Origin: an uncultured Acidobacteriota bacterium
GTDB lineage: Bacteria > Acidobacteriota > Vicinamibacteria > Vicinamibacterales > UBA2999
DNA length: 64,000 bases
Assembly: GCA_963772955.1 (NCBI GenBank)
Contig: CAVYZF010000011.1
Location: 187,025-251,024 of the forward strand
Direction: 5' to 3'
Position 1 is the stretch's first letter; every line of letters starts with the position of its first letter. The translations under genes were made by a program, and so were the position numbers. Below, piece by piece: positions 18,947 to 28,220 of this stretch. The notes under the pieces are model-generated. The model saw nothing but the letters and a program-made list of their open reading frames with translations. It made no database searches and was not told where the DNA came from.

Positions 18947-20661
18947 TTCAACGGCTCTGGCAGCCTCTTCAGTGCGATGACGCCCAGGCAAACGCGCTGG
19001 TCCAGGAATTAGGAGTCGCTCCGGTCACTGCACGCCTCCTGTGCATTCGCGGCATCTCGGATCTCGATCAGGCTCGCCGTTTTCTGAATCCATCGTTAGA
19101 CGACTTGCTGGATCCGTTCCGGCTGACCGATATGTCGGTCGCAGTGGATCGCATCCTCGGTGCAATCGCCAGAGGCGAGCGGATCGCCATCCATGGCGAT
19201 TACGACGTCGACGGCGTCACATCGACGGTGATCCTGCGTCGCGCGCTCGAACTGCTCGGCGCCGACGTGATTCATTTCATCCCCGAGCGCTTACGAGACG
19301 GTTACGGATTGCAGCCGGCGTCGCTCGATCGGCTGGCCGCCGAGAACGTCAATCTCGTCATTTCCGTGGACTGCGGTATCCGGGGTGTTGAAGCCGCCGC
19401 GCATGCCCGTGCGCTCGGGCTCGATCTCATCATCACCGATCACCACGAGCCCGATACCGAGCTCCCGTGCGCAGTCGCCGTCATCAACCCGAAACGTCAC
19501 GACTGTGGGTATCCGGATAAGAACCTTGCCGGCGTTGGCGTCGCGCTGAAACTCGTTCAGGCGTTGTGCGCGCGTTCAGGTCGCAGTCACTGGATTCCGG
19601 CGTTTGTGAAGGTCGCTGCCATCGGCACGCTGGCCGACGTCGTGCCATTGATCGGGGAGAACCGCGTCATCGCGAAGCTCGGCCTCGGCATGCTCTCGAA
19701 AGGGCCGCACAAGATCGGTCTGCGCGCGCTGCTCGACGTGTGCGGCCTCACAGGGAAGGAAATCGACAGCTACCACATTGGCTTCGTCCTCGCGCCGCGT
19801 GTCAATGCCGCAGGGCGCATGAGCACACCCGACATCGCGGCACGGCTGCTCCTGGCGTCTGACGATGGCATGGCCGACGAAGCGCGCCAGTTGGCGGAGC
19901 AGCTCAACACGGAGAATCTCAGACGCCAGCAGGAAGAAGCCGACATCGTCGCGCAGGCGCGGAAGCTGGTGGAGACGGATCTCGACGTGGGCTCGCGCCC
20001 GGTCATCGTGGTCTCGGGCGAAGGATGGCATCGCGGAGTCATCGGGATCGTTGCGTCGAAGCTGGTCGATGCGTTTCATCGCCCGGCGATCGTGATCTCG
20101 ACAGACGGTGACGTCGCTCACGGGTCGTGCCGAAGCATTCCGTCGTTCAACATGCTCGGCGCGCTCGAGTCGTGCGGTGACGCGATGATCAAGTTCGGGG
20201 GCCACAAGCAAGCCGCCGGCCTCACGATCGAATCGGCGCGAATTCGTGAGCTCCGTTCGCGCGTCAACGACTACGCCGACGAGCGGCTCCGCCCGGACGA
20301 TCTTCGGCCTCGTATCTGGATCGACGGTGCATTGGCATTTCGCGGGATCAGCGAGCAGGTCGCTTCGGAGATGACGACGCTTGCGCCGTTTGGTGCGGGC
20401 AACCCGAGACCTGTCTTCCGTGCAAGCCGCGTCGAGGTCGTCGACGGCCCTCGCCGGATCAAGGACCGCCACCTCAAGATGTCGTTCAAACAGGATGGGC
20501 GCATCCTGCGCGGTGTCGCCTGGCGCGCCATCGAGCGCGAGACGTTCGTGAGCGAGCATCGCTCGGCCATCGACCTCGCGTTTTCGCTCGAGCAGGACTC
20601 CTGGAACGGCGAGCGTTACCTCCAACTTTCAATCGCCGACTTCAAGGAACCCGACAGCTGA
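18943..20661 (+). CDS. recJ: single-stranded-DNA-specific exonuclease RecJ
   Basis: ORF 18670..20661, trimmed to GTG 18943, which overlaps the accA stop (GTGA). It has the DHH motifs IHGDYDVDGVTS and ITDHHEP, plus the DHHA1 motif GGHKQAAG. Confidence 0.92.
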   Translation: MIQRLWQPLQCDDAQANALVQELGVAPVTARLLCIRGISDLDQARRFLNPSLDDLLDPFRLTDMSVAVDRILGAIARGERIAIHGDYDVDGVTSTVILRRALELLGADVIHFIPERLRDGYGLQPASLDRLAAENVNLVISVDCGIRGVEAAAHARALGLDLIITDHHEPDTELPCAVAVINPKRHDCGYPDKNLAGVGVALKLVQALCARSGRSHWIPAFVKVAAIGTLADVVPLIGENRVIAKLGLGMLSKGPHKIGLRALLDVCGLTGKEIDSYHIGFVLAPRVNAAGRMSTPDIAARLLLASDDGMADEARQLAEQLNTENLRRQQEEADIVAQARKLVETDLDVGSRPVIVVSGEGWHRGVIGIVASKLVDAFHRPAIVISTDGDVAHGSCRSIPSFNMLGALESCGDAMIKFGGHKQAAGLTIESARIRELRSRVNDYADERLRPDDLRPRIWIDGALAFRGISEQVASEMTTLAPFGAGNPRPVFRASRVEVVDGPRRIKDRHLKMSFKQDGRILRGVAWRAIERETFVSEHRSAIDLAFSLEQDSWNGERYLQLSIADFKEPDS

Positions 20662-20685
20662 CGGGTGCTATCCTGTACCAACTGA

Positions 20686-21289
20686 ATGACTTCTTGGCAG
20701 AAGCGCCTGCGCATCGGCCTGGCCGTTTTCGGCATTCTGTTTGCCGGGCTGGTCTACCGCTCCATCGGTGAGCGCCGAGTCCCTGGAGCCGTCCGGCCGG
20801 CCGAGCGAACTGATCCCAAGGCGGTCATGGAGAGCGGGCAGGCAGAGGCGCAGCAGGTCCGTGGCACTACCCGGGACTTCGAGATCAAATCCGAACGCAC
20901 GCTTGGCTACGACGACAACTCGGTCAAGTACATCAACGTCGTGATCACGGTCCATAAGGAAGGGCGGGTCTACGTGATCACGGCAAAGGAAGCGTCTGCC
21001 GGACCGAATCAAGTCGAGCTGCAACTGTCAGGGGCGGTCAAGATCTCTGTGAGCGATGGCTTTGAGCTGATGACCGAGCGGGGCACGTTCAATCAAGACG
21101 AAAACATCGCGCGTGCGCCCGGTGCGGTGACCTTCAAGAAGGGGCACATGTCGGGCTCGGGATCGAATGCGATTTACAACCAGAAGGACGACGTGCTCAA
21201 CATCGGCGAGCGCGCGAGGATCGTCGTCACCGAAGCCAACGGCAAGAACTCGTTCGACGGTGGAGCAGGGAGCGCCGTTCTCGACCTGT
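20686..21289 (+). CDS. lptC: LptC-like inner-membrane-anchored LPS transport protein (frame continues as out-of-frame junk to 21468)
   Basis: Track ORF 20686..21468. It has an N-terminal TM anchor (LRIGLAVFGILFAGLVY) and an LptC-like beta-jellyroll (GAVTFKKGHMSGSGSNAIYNQKDDVLNI). After about residue 201 the frame becomes Arg/Gly-rich junk. The coding signal moves to the +1 frame at 21286-21291. Confidence 0.7.
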
Positions 21290-22825
21290 ACGCAGGACGT
21301 CCTCTTTCTCGAATCGAAGGTGCATGTCCTCCGCGACACGCAGGTCATCGATGCGGACAAGGTCATGGCGAGGTTGTCGCCGAACGAAGACGTGATCACG
21401 GCGCTCGAGCTTCGCGGGAACTCAAATGTGAAGGGTGGCAACGGGCCGCTCGATTCGATGAACGCTGACGCCATCGATCTCACGTACTCGGAGGATGGCA
21501 CCAAACTGGAGCGCGCGCTGCTGAATGGGAAGGCGAGTTTCAGCACGGCTGCCGACGAGCATGCGTCGTCGCGTCGCATGGCCGGAGGCGTGCTCGAGGT
21601 CACGACAGCAGCCGACGGCACCGTGGCGAGGGTCGCCGGCAAGGATGCAGTCCAGCTCGATATGCCGTCGGTCGAGAACGGACCGCCAAGGACGATTCGC
21701 GCACGCACGCTCGACGCGACCGGCGAGCCAGGTCGAGGGCTCACCGCGGTTCGCTTTCGAGACGACGTCGTGTTTCAGGAGGACAACAAGGCCAAGGGTT
21801 CCTCTCGTGAGGTTCGCGCGCAGTCGTTGAACGCGTCGCTCGAGGGTGACGGATTGCGCAACGCGTTCTTCAGCGGCGGTGTGTCGTTCAAGGAGCGCGG
21901 GTTCGAGGCGGCAGCGGCAGAGGCACGCTACCAGCCAGGTATGGGCATCCTGAACCTTTCGGGTACCGGCGGCCCACGTCCATTCGTCACTGACGATCAG
22001 ATTCACGTCGAGGCTCGCGAGATCGACGTCACGCTCGAGAGCCACGGGATGGAAGCGCGAGGCAACGTCCGGACGACGCTGAGTGGCAAGTCCTCGACCG
22101 CGAAAGATCGTGATGGCGGACGTTTGCCGGGCTTGTTGAAGGAAGGGCAGGCGGCGACTGTCAACGCCGAACAACTCGAGTACAAAGGCGCCAACGGTCG
22201 CGCGGATTACTCCGGCATGGCCACCCTCTTCCAGGGCGACACCGCGATTCGCGGCGACCGCATCGTCCTCGATCAGCAGAAGGGCGATCTCGTCGCGTCC
22301 GGGTCCGCTCGATCGACGTTGATGCTCGATAAGGGACGCACGGATGGCCGCGCCAACGAGATCCGCTACGACGAGGCGGCACGGACCGTGACCTACAGTG
22401 CCGGCACGGTTGCACCGACAAGCGGACAGGGAGCCAGTGTGCCGAGTGTGCCGCTCGCGCAGGTGAGCGGGCCCGACGGCGACTTGCGCGCCGAGCGCGC
22501 CGAAATCGTCCTGGCGCGCGAAGAGAACGGTGTCGATCGTCTGGAGGCCTATAACCGCGTCACGCTGGTCGTGGGCGCGCGGACGGCGACCGGCACCCGC
22601 CTGACATATCACGCCGACGAGGAGCGGTACGTCATATCGAGCACTGGAGTCACGCCGGTGTCGATTCGCGAGGGATGCAGCGAAACCACCGGCCGGACGC
22701 TGACCTTCTTCAAGTCGAGCGACAGGATCATCGTCGACGGCAACGAGACACGTCGGACAGAGACCAAGCCATGCAAGCCACAGCCAGCGTCGAGTCTGCC
22801 CCAGCCGTCGCCGCCCACGCGATGA
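21290..22825 (+). CDS. LptA/OstA-like periplasmic LPS-transport protein, ~510 aa of tandem OstA-like modules, with no start codon or signal peptide of its own
   Basis: Track ORF 21167..22825. The real-looking sequence starts at [29 protein letters not shown]. OstA-like motifs recur: [62 protein letters not shown]. The stop overlaps the lptB ATG. It is probably one CDS with 20686..21289, split by a 1-nt indel. Confidence 0.7.
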   Translation, partial: TQDVLFLESKVHVLRDTQVIDADKVMARLSPNEDVITALELRGNSNVKGGNGPLDSMNADAIDLTYSEDGTKLERALLNGKASFSTAADEHASSRRMAGGVLEVTTAADGTVARVAGKDAVQLDMPSVENGPPRTIRARTLDATGEPGRGLTAVRFRDDVVFQEDNKAKGSSREVRAQSLNASLEGDGLRNAFFSGGVSFKERGFEAAAAEARYQPGMGILNLSGTGGPRPFVTDDQIHVEAREIDVTLESHGMEARGNVRTTLSGKSSTAKDRDGGRLPGLLKEGQAATVNAEQLEYKGANGRADYSGMATLFQGDTAIRGDRIVLDQQKGDLVASGSARSTLMLDKGRTDGRANEIRYDEAARTVTYSAGTVAPTSGQGASVPSVPLAQVSGPDGDLRAERAEIVLAREENGVDRLEAYNRVTLVVGARTATGTRLTYHADEERYVISSTGVTPVSIREGCSETTGRTLTFFKSSDRIIVDGNETRRTETKPCKPQPASSLPQPSPPTR

Positions 22826-23550
22826 CGTCTACGCTGCAGACACAGGAGCTGACCAAGTCGTATGGCGGCCGCACCGTGGTGCGCGGCGTCAGCATCGAAG
22901 TTGGCTCTGGTGAGATCGTCGGCCTGCTGGGACCGAACGGCGCGGGTAAGACGACGACGTTCTACATGACCGTCGGCCTGACCGGGCCAGACTCGGGCCG
23001 CGTGCTGCTCGACGGCGAAGATGTCACCGACGCGCCGATGTATGCCCGCGCGCGAAAGGGAATCGGGTATCTGCCGCAGGAGCCGTCGATCTTCCGCGGA
23101 CTCTCGGTCGAGCAGAATATCATGGCCATTCTCGAAACGCTCCCGATCGATGCGAAGGCACGGCGGGAGCGTTTGAACGATCTGCTGGCGGAACTGAGCC
23201 TGACGCCCCTCAGGTCAGCTCCGGCTCACACGCTGTCTGGTGGCGAGCGCCGTCGTGCTGAGATCACGCGCGCGCTCGTGATGTCGCCGAGGTTCATCCT
23301 GCTGGACGAGCCGTTTGCCGGCATCGATCCCATCGCGGTGAGTGACATCCAGAACATCGTGTTTCACCTGAAGGAGCGCGGCATCGGCGTGCTGATCACG
23401 GACCACAACGTTCGTGAAACGCTGAGGATCACGGACCGCGCATACATCGTGCACGATGGCGCGATTTTTCGCAGTGGAACACCTGAATCGCTGGCCGCGG
23501 ATGAGGACGTGCGCCGGATTTATCTGGGGACCGAGTTCCGGTTGGACTAA
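22822..23550 (+). CDS. lptB: LPS export ABC transporter ATP-binding protein LptB
   Basis: ORF 22675..23550, trimmed to ATG 22822 (ATGA overlap). It has Walker A (GPNGAGKTT), the signature LSGGERRR and Walker B (ILLDEPFAG). Confidence 0.93.
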   Translation: MTSTLQTQELTKSYGGRTVVRGVSIEVGSGEIVGLLGPNGAGKTTTFYMTVGLTGPDSGRVLLDGEDVTDAPMYARARKGIGYLPQEPSIFRGLSVEQNIMAILETLPIDAKARRERLNDLLAELSLTPLRSAPAHTLSGGERRRAEITRALVMSPRFILLDEPFAGIDPIAVSDIQNIVFHLKERGIGVLITDHNVRETLRITDRAYIVHDGAIFRSGTPESLAADEDVRRIYLGTEFRLD

Positions 23551-23574
23551 GATGGATTACGGGTTCGCTGGCTG

Positions 23575-25002
23575 ATGGCCATCTCGCAGAAGCTACACAC
23601 CAAGCTCGTTCAGAAGCTCATTCTGACGCCTTCGCTCCAGCAGGCAATCAAGCTGCTGCCGATGTCGACGCTCGAGCTCTCGGAGTTGCTGAACCAAGAG
23701 ATGGTCGAGAATCCAATGCTCGAGGAGGTCCCGACCGAGGAGCTCCAACCGGTCGAGGCGGCCCCCACTGAAAAGCAGGAAGAGAAGCCCTCCGAGAAGA
23801 AGGCGGACTCGTGGGACGACCAGGACTACGAGTACTTCTTCGGCGACTACCTCGACGAGGGGTATCGGCCGCGCACGCCGACCGAAGTCAAAGAGCTACC
23901 TCCAATCGAGAACACATTATCGACCGGGCAGTCGCTGTCCGATCACCTCCTCTGGCAACTGTCGATGCAGACCGACGAGCCACTCATTCGCGAGATCGGC
24001 GAAGCGATCATCGGCAACCTCGACGACGACGGATATCTTGTGGCGACGGTGGAAGAACTCGCCGCGATGGGACCCTGGCCGGTGGAGGATGTCGAGCGGG
24101 CGCTCAAGCTGCTGCACGGCTTCGACCCGATCGGTGTCTGTGCGCGCGATCTGCAGGAATGTCTGCTGTTGCAGCTGCGGCATCTCGGGATGGCTGGAAC
24201 GCCCGCCGACCAGATCGTGACCGAGCACATGCGGCTCCTGCAGAACCATCAGGTGCCGGAACTGGCGCGCAAGCTGGGGCTCACGATCGACGACCTCAAA
24301 CAGCACATCGAGCTCATTCGTCATCTCGATCCGAAGCCGGGAAGCCGCTACAACCCCTCGCAGTCGCAGTATGTGATCCCCGACGTCTACATCGTGAAGA
24401 TCGAGGATCAGTACGTCGCCGCTCTCAACGAAGAAGGGCTGCCGCAGCTGCGCATCAGCCCAGTCTATCGACGGTTGCTCGACAAGAACGCGTCAGAGAA
24501 TACCGACGAAACGCGCGCATACGTGAAGGACAAGTTCCGCTCGGCGCTGTGGCTGATCAAGTCGGTGGAGCAGCGCCAGAAGACGATTCACAAGGTCGCC
24601 TCGAGCATCATCAACTTCCAGCGCGACTTCCTCGATCATGGCATCGAGTATCTCCGGCCGCTCGTTCTTCGTGACGTGGCCAACGATATCGGGATGCACG
24701 AGTCGACTGTCAGCCGTGTGGTGACGAACAAGTACATGCACACGCCGCAGGGCGTGTTCGAGATGAAATACTTCTTTCATAGCGGCATTTCGAGCTCCTA
24801 TGGAGAGGCGGTGTCTTCCGTCACGATCAAGCAGCGCATCCGGAAGATCATCGAGCAGGAAGACGCCAAGAAGCCGTTGAGCGATTCCAAGATCGTCAGC
24901 ATCCTTCAGCGTGAAGGGCTCGAACTGGCGCGCCGCACGATTGCCAAGTATCGGGAAGAGCTCAAGATCCCCACATCCAACCAACGCAAGGTTCTCTACT
25001 GA
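23575..25002 (+). CDS. rpoN: RNA polymerase sigma-54 factor
   Basis: 475-aa ORF. It has N-terminal LTPSLQQAIKLLPMSTLEL, a C-terminal HTH, and the RpoN box ARRTIAKYREELKIP. Confidence 0.96.
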   Translation: MAISQKLHTKLVQKLILTPSLQQAIKLLPMSTLELSELLNQEMVENPMLEEVPTEELQPVEAAPTEKQEEKPSEKKADSWDDQDYEYFFGDYLDEGYRPRTPTEVKELPPIENTLSTGQSLSDHLLWQLSMQTDEPLIREIGEAIIGNLDDDGYLVATVEELAAMGPWPVEDVERALKLLHGFDPIGVCARDLQECLLLQLRHLGMAGTPADQIVTEHMRLLQNHQVPELARKLGLTIDDLKQHIELIRHLDPKPGSRYNPSQSQYVIPDVYIVKIEDQYVAALNEEGLPQLRISPVYRRLLDKNASENTDETRAYVKDKFRSALWLIKSVEQRQKTIHKVASSIINFQRDFLDHGIEYLRPLVLRDVANDIGMHESTVSRVVTNKYMHTPQGVFEMKYFFHSGISSSYGEAVSSVTIKQRIRKIIEQEDAKKPLSDSKIVSILQREGLELARRTIAKYREELKIPTSNQRKVLY

Positions 25003-25040
25003 GACCTCGGGGCCGTGGCCCTGAGCGGATTGCGGTCGCT

Positions 25041-25595
25041 ATGCGTCTCGAACTGACAGGACGACACCTCGCCATCACCCCGGCCATGCGGGCACTTGTT
25101 GGGCAGCGGCTCGAATACACACTCAAGCGCTTGAACGATAGCGCCCTGTCGGCGCACGTCGTGCTGACTCGCGAGCGTGCAAGGATTCGAGCAGAGGTCA
25201 CGCTGCACGCTCAGCGCGAGCGGTTCCTGCACGCCGAGGCCACCGGGCAGAGCGTCGAGTTGGCGATCAACGCCGCCGCGGACAAGGTCGATCATCAGGC
25301 GCAGAAGCTGAAAGGGAAGCGCGACGGGCGCAAGCGTCGCGGACCGTCGGCGGTCAAAGCAGGGGCCTCGACGTCCGCGGCGGCGGCGGCACCGCGGTCA
25401 ACCCCGAGACCGCGCCGCCGCATCATTCGTGCGAAGCAGTACGCGGTGAAGCCGATGTCAGTCGAGGACGCGGCGGCTGAAATCGACGATGCCGCGAATG
25501 GATTGATCGTGTTTCGAAATTCAGCCACCGATACCGTCACGGTCCTCTTTCGCAGGGCCGACGGCAACCTCGGTCTGATCGAGCCGGAGGCATAG
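25041..25595 (+). CDS. hpf: ribosome hibernation promoting factor (long HPF)
   Basis: 184-aa ORF starting MRLELTGRHLAITPAMRA. A basic linker is followed by the C-terminal dimerisation domain (VKPMSVEDAAAEIDDAANGLIVFRN). Confidence 0.9.
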   Translation: MRLELTGRHLAITPAMRALVGQRLEYTLKRLNDSALSAHVVLTRERARIRAEVTLHAQRERFLHAEATGQSVELAINAAADKVDHQAQKLKGKRDGRKRRGPSAVKAGASTSAAAAAPRSTPRPRRRIIRAKQYAVKPMSVEDAAAEIDDAANGLIVFRNSATDTVTVLFRRADGNLGLIEPEA

Positions 25596-25607
25596 GGCGG
25601 TCTGGCG

Positions 25608-26600
25608 ATGGCAGAGCCCGTGTTGACGGTGGCGGGCCTGGTCGAGCGGGGCTCAGGCCCGGCGAGTCTTTCGCTCGAACTGCTCGGCGGACATCACGGT
25701 CTCGGCCGCCGCATCGGCAGTCCGTACATCCAGAAGACAGGTCTGGCGCTCGCCGGATTTCACGAGTACCTGCACCCTGGGCGGGTGGTCGTCTACGGCG
25801 AGAGCGAGGTACGGTATCTCGACAGCCTCGCGTCCGACGCCCGCATGGAGGTCCTCGACACGACGTTCGCGCACGACATTCCGTGTGTGCTGATCACGGG
25901 CGGATGGGAGGCGCACCCCGATCTGCGGTCGGCTTCGGATCGATACGAGGTGCCGCTGCTCCGCACGGCGGTGTCGACGCCCGTGGCCATTTCCCGCATC
26001 AGCGCGCTTCTGGATGATGCGCTGGCCGTGCGCGAGATCATTCACGGCGTGCTCATGGACGTTCTGGGCCTCGGCGTGCTGATCATCGGCGACAGCGGGA
26101 TCGGGAAGAGTGAATGCGCGCTCGATCTGGTCGTGCGCGGTCATCGGCTGGTTGCCGACGATACCGTGCAGATCCGGAGAAGAAGTGACTCGGTCGTACT
26201 CGGCGCGTGCCCCGAGCCGACGCGCTACCACATGGAGCTGCGCGGTCTGGGCATCATCAACATCAGGGATCTCTTTGGCGTCGCCGCGACGCGCGCGTCC
26301 AAGCGCGTCGAGCTCGTCGTACAGCTCGAACGCTGGGACGAGCACCGTGAATACGACCGTCTCGGTCTCGACGAGAAGGTCCACGAGTTGCTCGGCGTGC
26401 GAGTGCCGTTGATCTGCATGCCTGTCGCCCCGGGGCGCAATCTTGCGACCCTCGTCGAAGTGGCGGCCAGGAACCAGTTGCTCCGCTCGCGTGGGCTGAA
26501 CGCTGCCAGGGATCTGGTGGAACGGCTGGAGCGTCAACTCCAGGAGGAGGAGACCGAACCGGACTCGGAAGAAGAGCCGCGGTCTGGAGAGCCGAAATGA
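25608..26600 (+). CDS. hprK: HPr kinase/phosphorylase
   Basis: 330-aa ORF with the P-loop GDSGIGKSECALDLV and a downstream LRGLGIINIRDLFG motif. Confidence 0.92.
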   Translation: MAEPVLTVAGLVERGSGPASLSLELLGGHHGLGRRIGSPYIQKTGLALAGFHEYLHPGRVVVYGESEVRYLDSLASDARMEVLDTTFAHDIPCVLITGGWEAHPDLRSASDRYEVPLLRTAVSTPVAISRISALLDDALAVREIIHGVLMDVLGLGVLIIGDSGIGKSECALDLVVRGHRLVADDTVQIRRRSDSVVLGACPEPTRYHMELRGLGIINIRDLFGVAATRASKRVELVVQLERWDEHREYDRLGLDEKVHELLGVRVPLICMPVAPGRNLATLVEVAARNQLLRSRGLNAARDLVERLERQLQEEETEPDSEEEPRSGEPK

Positions 26601-27511
26601 GTCCCGCTCGATCCGCCCGGAAGAAGACGCGCGCGCGTGCCCGCAAGCGCGCCTCGACTCGATTCATGGTTGTGACCGGTCTGTCCGGGTCCGGCAAGAC
26701 GCACGCGATTCACGCGCTCGAAGATCTCGGGTACTTCTGCGTGGACAATCTTCCGACGCAGCTGATTCCAACCTTCGCGGAGCTTTGTATCAGGGGAGAT
26801 GCCCATCTCGAGCGCGTCGCCATCGTGGTCGACGTGCGCGAACGGGGCTTCCTGAGTCAGTTCCCTCCGGTCTTTCGCAAGCTTCGCAGCCTTCCCGGTG
26901 TCGAAGCCAAGCTGATCTTCCTCGAGGCCAATCGATCGGCCCTTGTACGGCGCTTCAGCGAGACGCGCCGGCCGCACCCGCTCGCACCCGATCGGTCGGT
27001 CGCGGAGGGCATCGACGAGGAGCGCAGGAAGATGCTCGCCATCCGTGGCATGGCTGATGTCATCGTCGATACGTCGAACCTGACCGTACACGAGCTGCGC
27101 GATGTGTTCGGGCGGATGACGCGGGACGAGAGTACGCGCGCGGACATGGTGGTGAACCTGTTGAGTTTCGGGTTCAAGCACGGCGCGCCCACCGAAGCCG
27201 ATCTCGTGTTCGACGTGCGCTGCCTGCCCAATCCGCACTTCGTCGATCGTCTCCGTCATCTGACCGGTCGCGACGCGAAAGTCGTGCGCTACATGAAGCA
27301 ACACAAGGTCACGCGGGAGTTCATCAATCGCCTGACGGAGTTCCTGACGTTCGCCCTTCCGCACTACGTGACCGAGGGCAAGAGTTACCTGACCGTTGCG
27401 ATCGGATGTACCGGGGGGCAACATCGGTCGGTCATGATCGCCGAGGCCCTCAAGCGGTCGCTCGAGCACACGCCGGGAGTCCGGCTGCGCGTCAAACATC
27501 GTGATGGCTAG
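26597..27511 (+). CDS. rapZ: RNase adapter / nucleotide-binding protein RapZ
   Basis: 304-aa ORF containing VVTGLSGSGKTHAIHALEDLGYFCVDNLP and CTGGQHRSV. It overlaps hprK by 4 nt. Confidence 0.92.
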   Translation: MSPARSARKKTRARARKRASTRFMVVTGLSGSGKTHAIHALEDLGYFCVDNLPTQLIPTFAELCIRGDAHLERVAIVVDVRERGFLSQFPPVFRKLRSLPGVEAKLIFLEANRSALVRRFSETRRPHPLAPDRSVAEGIDEERRKMLAIRGMADVIVDTSNLTVHELRDVFGRMTRDESTRADMVVNLLSFGFKHGAPTEADLVFDVRCLPNPHFVDRLRHLTGRDAKVVRYMKQHKVTREFINRLTEFLTFALPHYVTEGKSYLTVAIGCTGGQHRSVMIAEALKRSLEHTPGVRLRVKHRDG

Positions 27512-27526
27512 GCGCGGACGGACGAC

Positions 27527-27940
27527 ATGGCGATGATTGGCGTCGTGGTCGTCACCCACGGGCAGCTCGCGACGGAACTGGTCAACGCCGCGGAAACGAT
27601 CGTCGGCGACCTGCCGGGGTTTGCGGCAGTATCTATCGGGTGGCACGAGGACACCGAGGACGCACGCCACGAGATCGAGCAGGCGGTCGTGCGTGTGAAT
27701 AAAGGCGCCGGCATCCTCATCCTGACGGACATGTTCGGCGGCACGCCGTCGAACCTGGCGATGTCGTTTCTCGTGCAAGGCAAGGTGGAAGTCATCACGG
27801 GGGTGAACCTGCCGATGCTGATCAAGCTCGCCAATCAGCTGGAGCAGGCGGATCTGCTGACCATCGCACGCGACATCCGGGAGCAGGGGCGCAACGCGAT
27901 CTGGGTGGCGTCCGATCTCCTGCATGGAGAGAAGACGTAG
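27527..27940 (+). CDS. PTS EIIA component, mannose/fructose family
   Basis: 137-aa ORF. IGVVVVTHGQLA carries the phospho-His, followed by ILILTDMFGGTPSN. Confidence 0.88.
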   Translation: MAMIGVVVVTHGQLATELVNAAETIVGDLPGFAAVSIGWHEDTEDARHEIEQAVVRVNKGAGILILTDMFGGTPSNLAMSFLVQGKVEVITGVNLPMLIKLANQLEQADLLTIARDIREQGRNAIWVASDLLHGEKT

Positions 27941-27941
27941 G

Positions 27942-28220
27942 GTGACAACCCGTTCAGTGACCGTCGTGAATCCGCTGGGGCTCCACGCGCGGGCCGCAGC
28001 GCGGTTCGTGCACCTCGCGACGCGATTCGAGTCCCGGATCCGTGTCGGGCGTGATTCGAAGGTCATGGATGGAAAGAGCATCATGGGTATTCTGCTGTTG
28101 GCTGCGTCCCGCGGCACGACGCTGACGGTGATCGCAGAGGGGCCGGACGAGGACCGCGCCGTCGAGGCGCTGGTCGAGCTCGTCGCATCTGGATTTGGTG
28201 AGGAATCGTGGAACGCCTGA
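27942..28220 (+). CDS. ptsH: phosphocarrier protein HPr
   Basis: ORF 27924..28220. GTG 27942 lies just after the EIIA stop. It has His15 in NPLGLHARAAARF and Ser46 in DGKSIMGIL. Confidence 0.88.
   Translation: MTTRSVTVVNPLGLHARAAARFVHLATRFESRIRVGRDSKVMDGKSIMGILLLAASRGTTLTVIAEGPDEDRAVEALVELVASGFGEESWNA

Noticed and set aside
23360-23375. A parS-like sequence, TGTTTCACCTGAAGGA, inside lptB. It matches the TGTTTCACGTGAAACA consensus at 13 of 16 positions.
   Set aside because: The central CG and the right half-site are broken, so it is no longer palindromic. It is explained by the coding sequence ([10 protein letters not shown]). I found no canonical parS anywhere in the window.
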